Source: Candidatus Pacearchaeota archaeon
GTDB lineage: Archaea > Nanobdellota > Nanobdellia > Pacearchaeales > GW2011-AR1
Direction of reading: 5' to 3'
Length of the DNA: 64,000 nucleotides
Assembly: GCA_017608305.1 (NCBI GenBank)
Contig: JAFCGC010000001.1
Location: 38,744-102,743 of the forward strand
In this document: positions 57,698-64,000 of the stretch, one piece after another
Position numbering within the stretch: position 1 is the first letter of the stretch
How the letters are laid out: each line of letters starts with the position of its first letter
Translations under genes and position numbers: made by a program
The notes under the pieces: model-generated
What the model saw: only the letters and a program-made list of their open reading frames with translations
The model's database searches: none
Told to the model about the DNA's origin: nothing

Positions 57698-58249
57698 TTA
57701 TTTGATAAAATTTCTTCTCTTTGGATTTCTAGAAAGTTTTTCTGGAGAACATTTTCTAAAAAGATAGTGTGCAAGATTATCAGCCCAATTAACTAAAGGA
57801 TATTGTCTATCAAAATTTGCTCCATAATTAAGATTAATGTTTTTTCTTGGAAAGAAACACCGTTCTGAAATAATATCCTTAACATATTTTCTATAAGGGA
57901 GTCTATGTTCTCCATCAACAAATAATTCTAAAAATTCCAAATTTGGAAGACCTATAGACTCTTCAATTAAACTTACAATAGTTACTCCAAGAAGTTCTTT
58001 TGGAGGAATTCTTTTACAATCTACTTCAGAAGCCAGAAGAAAAAAATAGTCTTTGTAAGGGCCTGTTCTGAGAGAAGGTAGTTTTTTCCTTTGTTTGGGA
58101 AAAGTTCCTTTTTTTATATATTTTTCCAAGCCAGATAAAGTTACAACATCTATTTCGGGAAATTTTCCATGATTAGATTCATCATAGGCAACATAAAGAG
58201 TATTTTTTGGAAGAATTAAATTAGGTTTTTGCCCTCCTTTTTTATGCAT
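57698..58249 (-). CDS. RNase H-fold (DUF3800-like) protein
   Basis: YDES.HG, FVDG and AD..A acidic triad. Confidence 0.5.
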   Translation of the reverse strand: MHKKGGQKPNLILPKNTLYVAYDESNHGKFPEIDVVTLSGLEKYIKKGTFPKQRKKLPSLRTGPYKDYFFLLASEVDCKRIPPKELLGVTIVSLIEESIGLPNLEFLELFVDGEHRLPYRKYVKDIISERCFFPRKNINLNYGANFDRQYPLVNWADNLAHYLFRKCSPEKLSRNPKRRNFIK

Positions 58250-58324
58250 ATAATAAAAAATCTTATTGTTTTAAAAGAATAATTGTTCAAGAAAGGATAT
58301 GTTTGAGTGAGAATTTGTTTGGAA

Positions 58325-58783
58325 TTATTTTTTTGAGTTTAAGTGATCCAAGATATAAGTTTCAAACAAAACCACTTCATCTGCTTTTTCTTGTATCCCT
58401 TTAGGAAACGGCTTTTCATAAACAGGCATTTTATCCCCCATTCTTGGCCAAGATATTTTATCTGCTGAGCCATCTTCATCAAAATCATCCACTCTACAAA
58501 GCCAATAAAATTCTTTATCATTTCCGGCCATTTTTGAGAAATAATTCTTATGATCAACTAACTTTCTTGCAACATCTAATGCATATTCTCCTGCAGAGTC
58601 TCCTTGCCCTCTTTGATAAACAGGTCCTTTAGCCTTGAATTTGCCAAATTCTCTATGCCCATAGAAGTAATTTCTATGGGGGGTTACTAACTCATCATAT
58701 TTTCCATCACAACCATTATCTATTATATTCCAACTAACTTGGTTTAGTTGCTTTCTGCCAAAACTCCTTCCACTTCTTCCAGT
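58325..58783 (-). pseudogene. Open frame lacking a start codon in its 5' half (5'-truncated or frameshifted gene)
   Basis: The frame of ORF 58325-58531 stays open up to 58783 with protein-like sequence but no ATG/GTG/TTG upstream of 58531. Confidence 0.45.
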
Positions 58784-58952
58784 TTATTCCAATAATCAAT
58801 CCCACCACAATTCCTAGGATCCAGGCCCCCCTTATTGTGTTAAGTGCAGCTGTTGAAGTAATATTAAGATAATCAGTTATAAGCCACCCAACAAATCCTC
58901 CTAGAATTATTGCAAACAATAAGAGAATTATGTATTTTAATATTGTTTTCAT
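58734..58952 (-). CDS. Small two-TM membrane protein
   Basis: Two hydrophobic helices; ATGA overlap with the upstream gene. Confidence 0.55.
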   Translation of the reverse strand: MKTILKYIILLLFAIILGGFVGWLITDYLNITSTAALNTIRGAWILGIVVGLIIGINWKKWKEFWQKATKPS

Positions 58953-59509
58953 TTTATCTTTGCCAGCATATCTATTTTTTCTTTTAACTTTACTTTATCT
59001 TCACTTGAACGGCCGTGGGCCATTTTATAGAACTTCTTCAAACTTTCTAAACTCAAAACATTACATTTTAATCCATTTAAATTAAAATATTTAAAATCTT
59101 TTGGAAAGGGTTTGTTTTTCTTTGGATCTTTATAATGATATTCAATTGAATCCAAAGAGACTTTAAGATCCTTTGAGATTTTTTTATTATTTCTTTTCTC
59201 TTTGGGATTGTATTCAATGGAATCGATCTCTATCTTTAATCTATTCTTAAAGATCTGAAGAACATGCCACTCTTTTATATTTTTGTGACTAATTTTTTTA
59301 CTTTTTACTATTTTGATAACTTTATCATAACACCTATCTGGAACTAAAAAATCAATATCATGAATTTCCATATTTTTATCTTTAGTATAATAATAATAAA
59401 CAGCTAGACTACCATGCACAACTGGCATGATGTTTAATTTATTACATAAAGCAACAATTTCTTTTCCAAAGTTAATAAGTTCAAAAAATTGTTTTGATGT
59501 TGTTTTCAT
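58949..59509 (-). CDS. Nucleotidyltransferase superfamily protein
   Basis: HGSLA...HDIDFLV (GS..DxD). Confidence 0.65.
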   Translation of the reverse strand: MKTTSKQFFELINFGKEIVALCNKLNIMPVVHGSLAVYYYYTKDKNMEIHDIDFLVPDRCYDKVIKIVKSKKISHKNIKEWHVLQIFKNRLKIEIDSIEYNPKEKRNNKKISKDLKVSLDSIEYHYKDPKKNKPFPKDFKYFNLNGLKCNVLSLESLKKFYKMAHGRSSEDKVKLKEKIDMLAKIK

Positions 59510-59510
59510 T

Positions 59511-60164
59511 TTATACTTTCTTTATCCCCAGCTTCTTTAATTCTCTAAAACATTGTTTATTATCCTTAAAAAGAATTGTTTTCATGCCTAGTTTTTTTGC
59601 TGGTTTGATATTCCAGGTCTGATTATCAATAAAAACAGTGTTTTTGGCAGGAAGTTTGAGTTTTTTTAATAATAACCTATAAATTTTAGGATTTGGTTTT
59701 CTCATGCCAACATTGCAAGAAACAATTACTTGATCAAAATTTTTGTAAAGTTTTTTTGGCATTAAAGCCTCTTGAGAAACAGGCCATTGGTCCGAAAGAA
59801 TTGCTATTTTATATCCTAATTTTTTTAATTTAAAGGCAAGAGAATATAGTTTTTTGTTTTGAGTAAAATTGTTTAAATAAGCTCTTAAAATTATTTTTTT
59901 TAATTTTCCTGGGTTTGTTTTGATGTTTCTAGAAATAACAGACAAGGCTTTTTTTTCAGTTGCTCTCCCTTCAATTGAATCAGCATAAATTGAATCAATT
60001 AAATCAAACCATTGATCTAATGATATTTTTAATTTATTTGAAATTTGTTGATGAACTCCAAGTGTGCAGTGTCCCCTTTTTTTAATTATAGTTGGATTTT
60101 TTGGTAAGAACAATACTCCCCCCACATCAAAGATTATTGCTTTTATTTGTGGTTTTTTTGTCAT
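59511..60164 (-). CDS. HAD-superfamily phosphatase
   Basis: IIFDVGGV, LSD, RKP, FIDN, GM. Confidence 0.85.
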   Translation of the reverse strand: MTKKPQIKAIIFDVGGVLFLPKNPTIIKKRGHCTLGVHQQISNKLKISLDQWFDLIDSIYADSIEGRATEKKALSVISRNIKTNPGKLKKIILRAYLNNFTQNKKLYSLAFKLKKLGYKIAILSDQWPVSQEALMPKKLYKNFDQVIVSCNVGMRKPNPKIYRLLLKKLKLPAKNTVFIDNQTWNIKPAKKLGMKTILFKDNKQCFRELKKLGIKKV

Positions 60165-60904
60165 TTTTTCCTTAATACTGCAATATATTCCTCCTTTTTT
60201 TTGTTCAATGTCTTACTGCGAGTAAAATCTTTGTAAAGCTCCTTGACCTCAAACCCTGTTTGTTTAGCTAGTTTAATTAAAAGGACTAGGGGCAAATATC
60301 TCAAAACAATTGAAAAAGTCTCATTGACTTTTTTATCTTTGAGCAAACTTATGCAGGTAAATTTGGCTTGGGATTTAGAAGTTTTGGAAGGGGCATAAAT
60401 CATCTCTGTTGTCAAATCTCCCTTCTTAACGCTGTACTTTGCTGGTTTATTTGGGAATTCGAAAGGCAGACTGGATAAATCAATAATATACAATCCCCCT
60501 TTCTTTAAATTACTATTAACTGATTTAAAATGTGATACTAAATCTTTTTCTTTATTCATATGAAGTATTGAAGAAAACATTATGTATGCGGCATCAAATT
60601 TTCCAACTTTAAATTTCTTCATGTCTTTCTTATAAAGTTTTATTTTAACCCCCTCCTCCTTGGCTCTTTTGCTTGCCAACTTCAATAATGAACCAGATAA
60701 ATCAATTCCTGTAACCTTGTAGCCCTTTTTAGCTAATTTTCTTCCCTGAGGAGTATGCCCACATGCGATATCCAAAACACTTTTTACCTTGTATTTTAAA
60801 AATACTTTATCTAAGAAATTTACCTGTTGGTCTACTTTTCTGTAATCAAATCCTTTTTCATATAATTCTGGGTGTTTATGAAAAAAACTGAATTTTTTTG
60901 TCAT
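60161..60904 (-). CDS. Class I SAM-dependent methyltransferase
   Basis: VLDIACG, GIDLS, DM, LKKGG. Confidence 0.85.
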   Translation of the reverse strand: MTKKFSFFHKHPELYEKGFDYRKVDQQVNFLDKVFLKYKVKSVLDIACGHTPQGRKLAKKGYKVTGIDLSGSLLKLASKRAKEEGVKIKLYKKDMKKFKVGKFDAAYIMFSSILHMNKEKDLVSHFKSVNSNLKKGGLYIIDLSSLPFEFPNKPAKYSVKKGDLTTEMIYAPSKTSKSQAKFTCISLLKDKKVNETFSIVLRYLPLVLLIKLAKQTGFEVKELYKDFTRSKTLNKKKEEYIAVLRKK

Positions 60905-60905
60905 T

Positions 60906-61679
60906 TTAAATCTTTTTTATTCCCAACTTCTCTAATTTATTTTGAACATGATTAAATAGCGTCGAGGAAATAAGTTGTTGGTGTGTTCCTTGGTGAACTT
61001 GTTTATCAAACTTATTCTTACCGAGATATGTTACATTAGTCAAAATTTTCTTGAGTCCATTAACACTAAACCCGTATTTTTTAGATATTTTAGTTAGACT
61101 ATCATTAGAATTCAGGAATTCTTGAAAAATTTCTTGAACTTGATAAGAGTGTTCTGTGGGAACTAGATTTTTATCTTCCATTCTATATCCAAATGGTGCT
61201 CTTGTAATTGGGCTACCATCTCTCACTTTTTTATCCATAGAGAATTTTGTCCTTTCTCCCGTAACATTTCTTTCAAATTCCGCCATAGCCGAGATTATAT
61301 GAAACATAAATTTCCCATTGGCGCTAGTTGTGTCTATTTTATCTTGTAAAGAAACAAACTCAATATCCCACTCTTTTAGTTTTTCTATAGTATTAATTAG
61401 ATCTCTTAAACTTCTTGAGAACCGATCAAGTTTATATATAAAAATAGCTTGGAATTTCTTAGCTTCAGCATCTTCTAATAATTGTGTTATTTCTGGTCTG
61501 CCTTTTAGATCTTTTCCTGATTTCCCTTCATCTTTGTAAATTCTACAGACCTCAAAACCTAGTGCCTTTGCATAATTTTGTAATGCCTCTTCTTGTGCTC
61601 CAAGCGAGACTCCGTGTCTGGCTTGTTCTTCTGTTGAAACACGGATATATATTGCTGCTAGGGGTTTAGTTTCTGTCAT
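60906..61679 (-). CDS. Serine recombinase (catalytic domain plus short recombinase domain)
   Basis: YIRVST (catalytic Ser), SG...RP, KLDRFSR, AEFER, PFGY, N.TYLG. Confidence 0.88.
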   Translation of the reverse strand: MTETKPLAAIYIRVSTEEQARHGVSLGAQEEALQNYAKALGFEVCRIYKDEGKSGKDLKGRPEITQLLEDAEAKKFQAIFIYKLDRFSRSLRDLINTIEKLKEWDIEFVSLQDKIDTTSANGKFMFHIISAMAEFERNVTGERTKFSMDKKVRDGSPITRAPFGYRMEDKNLVPTEHSYQVQEIFQEFLNSNDSLTKISKKYGFSVNGLKKILTNVTYLGKNKFDKQVHQGTHQQLISSTLFNHVQNKLEKLGIKKI

Positions 61680-62310
61680 TTTTTAGCATTTCGTTGAATT
61701 TCTTATAAGTGGGGGTGAATTTATAGATTTTCTTGAATAATTTATTGAATTGTGTCTGATTCTTTGCATCTTTGAGCGATTTGACTAATTGGAGGAGTTT
61801 TTGCTTCCCATAGTTATTAACAAGCAATCTTATCGCAAAGCCAGATTCTTTGTAAACCCCAGGCCCTGATTTCTTATAATAATCCAAGAACTCTGTAAAT
61901 CTGATTATTTTTCTTCTTCTAGGATATCCTCCATCCAAAAACATAGCTGTCCCTTCCCATAACCAATCCGGTTGGCAAATATCCTTTTTTGCTGCTATTT
62001 GAAAAAATAGGTGGGCTAGCTCGTGTTTTATTAATCTGGAATACTCTTGATCAGAATACTTGTGACAACTTTCTTTTTCGTAGCCCTTTTTATCTAGGAT
62101 ATAGATTGCTCTCCCTCCAACCCACCCTACTAACCAGTCAGGTGTTTTCTTCTCTCGAAATAAATCTATTGTCTTTCTATTCTTCATCAAAACGATTCGC
62201 GGCCTATTTCTTGTCCAATTTATTCCAAAAAATTTTCCTAATTCTGCCATGGATTTTTCATATCCTCGTTTGATTTTTATATCGACTCTAGAATTTAACT
62301 CAAATATCAT
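61666..62310 (-). CDS. HEXXH metallopeptidase-like (peptidase MA-like) protein
   Basis: HELAH followed by P.WL.EG.A; start placed at ATG 62310 (the ORF-track GTG overlaps the TATA region). Confidence 0.65.
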   Translation of the reverse strand: MIFELNSRVDIKIKRGYEKSMAELGKFFGINWTRNRPRIVLMKNRKTIDLFREKKTPDWLVGWVGGRAIYILDKKGYEKESCHKYSDQEYSRLIKHELAHLFFQIAAKKDICQPDWLWEGTAMFLDGGYPRRRKIIRFTEFLDYYKKSGPGVYKESGFAIRLLVNNYGKQKLLQLVKSLKDAKNQTQFNKLFKKIYKFTPTYKKFNEMLKNDRN

Positions 62311-62502
62311 CTTTCCTTTGTAATAAGCGTGCACTTAGGTTTAAATAGTTATTGTTCACGGGCAACAAGGACCCCCTAAGTTAATGATTGTGCGAATCTT
62401 TTCAAAGGAAAAAGAGTGACAATGTACCTTGTGCGAACTATTTCAGAAGGAAATGTTATTTTTGTTCGCTAATGTTAACTTGTAAAGAGATTTAAATTAA
62501 AA

Positions 62503-62806
62503 TTAAACATTCTCATTAATAAATTTAGCGAGCTTATCATGACTATTACGATGTGTTAAGTGAAGTTTATAACATCCTTGTGGATCTTTCATTCTTCTAT
62601 ATTCAGAAACAAAGTTTACATCTTTTTTAATAGAGGGTTTTAAAAGGAAACTATTTTCTAATAATCTTCCGTCTAAATCATTAACAATAGACACCGAGCT
62701 TTCCACCCTTTATTATCTTCTCTCAAAAAAAAGCATATCCCTGACTCTTATGGTGAATATATAACCCTTCTCTTAGATTGTCTCCATCTCTATCTTTAAA
62801 TTTCAT
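62503..62806 (-). pseudogene. Fragmented small hypothetical gene
   Basis: ATG at 62806 (MKFKDRDGDNLREGLYIHHKSQGYAFF) stops right after an 8-nt homopolymer (62725-62732); a second fragment (62503-62706) lies in another frame. Confidence 0.35.
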
Positions 62807-62903
62807 AAATTTATTTAAATTAAAAACTATTTAATAATTGTTGTACTAAAATATCTGTGGTTTTTCACCAAATTTTTCCATTAATTTTTATGGCCTGCAG
62901 GAT

Positions 62904-62931
62904 GTGTGCACTAAGGTTGGCTAAGTGAAGA
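62904..62931. repeat. dif-like/tyrosine-recombinase core-type site, copy 1
   Basis: GTGTGCACTAA-GGTTGG-CTAAGTGAAGA. Confidence 0.5.
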
Positions 62932-62932
62932 A

Positions 62933-63307
62933 TTAATATTTTTTGTAAGGGTGGGGAGGATCACCTCCTTTTTTGTAAGGATTTTTTCCAAAAGGCCCCC
63001 AGTCTTCATTAGGGAAAAAAGGGCCACGGCCTCTTTCAGGCAAATCAGATTTTGGTTTCCAACCATCTGGAACCCTAGGATCTTTTAAACTAGGCCCAAG
63101 AATCATAGAATCGTCTGCTTTAAAATTTCCATTAAGATAATAATACTTTGCCTCAATAAATGTAAGGTGTATATCTTCTTCATCATTCCATACCACACCA
63201 AGAACCTCATAAATATATTCTTTATTTTGGGTATAAAGATAATAGTTCCCTTTATACCCCCCTTCTTTTAAATCATCTCCAAGTGTTCTCACCATAACTA
63301 AAGGCAA
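62933..63307 (-). CDS. Hypothetical protein (Pro/Gly-rich C-terminus; start uncertain)
   Basis: 124-codon ORF between two repeated sites. Confidence 0.45.
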   Translation of the reverse strand: MPLVMVRTLGDDLKEGGYKGNYYLYTQNKEYIYEVLGVVWNDEEDIHLTFIEAKYYYLNGNFKADDSMILGPSLKDPRVPDGWKPKSDLPERGRGPFFPNEDWGPFGKNPYKKGGDPPHPYKKY

Positions 63308-63390
63308 TTGATTATTATTTTTAAAAATATCTGTGATATTTTGTTATCTTTTTTTCCAATTTTTTAATTCATCTTGATTTTTGGGGGGTG

Positions 63391-63418
63391 TTATGCACTA
63401 AGGTTGCCTAAGTATCTG
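63391..63418. repeat. dif-like/tyrosine-recombinase core-type site, copy 2
   Basis: TTATGCACTAA-GGTTGC-CTAAGTATCTG; 19/20 identity to copy 1 over TGCACTAAGGTTGSCTAAGT. Confidence 0.5.
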
Positions 63419-63431
63419 TCGTATTGAGTAT

Positions 63432-63617
63432 TTATGTGTCGTAAACAGCTGTTTATTTGGTTTTATCGACGGAAAAGTCTTGGGTGTTTGCTTTATTTTA
63501 AACAGGGTGTTTGGCTGTTTATGAGTGTTTGTTGCTGTTTAAAACAGCTGTTTATGCTAAATTTTTTTCTATAAACAGCCCTTTTTCCACTGGAAATGCT
63601 GGGGCTTCGACACATAA
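63432..63617. repeat. Iteron-like AAACAGC/GCTGTTT repeat cluster bounded by a 10-bp inverted repeat
   Basis: AAACAGCTGTTT palindromes at 63443 and 63542 plus several half-sites; TTATGTGTCG (63432) / CGACACATAA (63608). Confidence 0.75.
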
Positions 63618-63702
63618 TTTGGTGTTTTTTGATTGGTGGATTTTAGAAGGTTTGTCGTCGAAAAAGAGAAAAATATTTAAAGAGATGGTGTTTTTATATG
63701 GT

Positions 63703-64000
63703 ATGTTTGGGTGGTTTAAGAGAAAAAAAGAGGCAGAAGAACTAAAAGATGCGACACGAAAGGGTTTTGAAGATGTTAAAAAAGACATAAGTTCTGTAAG
63801 TGGTTGGATAAAACACCTTGATTCTGAAAAAAACTTGCAACAAAAAGAACTTGAGGGTATAAAAAAGTTTTTAGCGACGATAGAAAAAGAAATAGAAGGA
63901 ATAAAAAATGTGCTTTCAATTATGAATGATCTAAAAACAAACAGCCTGTTTAAAACACCCAAGGCTGTTTCTGATAAACAAACAGCTGTTTATGCTGTGC
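63703..64000 (+). CDS. Hypothetical coiled-coil protein, runs off the window end (not in ORF track)
   Basis: Own translation MFGWFKRKKEAEELKDATRKGFEDVKKDISSVSGWIKHL...KQTAVYAV, open to the end; ATTTAAAG TATA-like box about 25 nt upstream. Confidence 0.7.
   Translation, partial: MFGWFKRKKEAEELKDATRKGFEDVKKDISSVSGWIKHLDSEKNLQQKELEGIKKFLATIEKEIEGIKNVLSIMNDLKTNSLFKTPKAVSDKQTAVYAV

Noticed and set aside
63432..63617. CRISPR array interpretation of the repeat cluster
   Set aside because: Repeats are 7-14 bp, irregularly spaced and in both orientations; there is no constant repeat-spacer period and no cas gene.
181..63962. Many antisense or overlapping ORFs in the ORF track (e.g. 181-540, 6195-6611, 12060-12443, 39675-40013, 40569-40943, 63552-63962)
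   Set aside because: They are shadows of well-supported genes on the other strand or frame, with Phe/Leu/Ile/Ser-rich composition expected from reverse-complemented A-rich codons.

Overview
AT-rich archaeal chromosome segment. Gene content (eL21, Rpo4, DUF655, uS13/uS4/uS11, Rpo3, eL18/uL13/uS9, Rpo10, Rpp21, SecD/F) is archaeal. The short, divergent ribosomal proteins suggest a DPANN archaeon, probably Pacearchaeota-like; this is inference, not a database result. Layout: (1) 1-39.4 kb is a large surface-glycan locus with a phosphonate (2-hydroxyethylphosphonate) pathway, an RmlB-RmlA fusion, a GT6, formyl/acetyl/amino-sugar tailoring genes, four radical SAM enzymes, a UbiA/PAP2/GtrA/GT-C lipid-linked sugar module, queC+yhhQ and a half-size aIF5A. 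(2) 39.4-44.6 kb holds secDF, three tRNAs, 5S rRNA and a free-standing LAGLIDADG gene. Two of the tRNAs have downstream duplicated 3' ends separated by hairpins, and one has an unusual AAG anticodon. (3) 44.7-51.9 kb is a MacB/LolCDE-type ABC operon interrupted by seven small or unrelated ORFs, three of them paralogs joined by a repeated 19-nt junction. (4) 52-57.7 kb is a ribosomal protein/RNAP cluster with tRNA-Leu(CAA), an inserted class-II-like nucleotidyltransferase and a structured rpl18e leader. (5) 57.7-63.4 kb is a minus-strand accessory array with a serine recombinase and dif-like repeated sites. (6) 63.4-64 kb is a dense AAACAGCTGTTT repeat region whose motif recurs inside the adjacent unannotated ORF, a candidate origin/initiator pair. 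All product calls come from motif recognition by eye.
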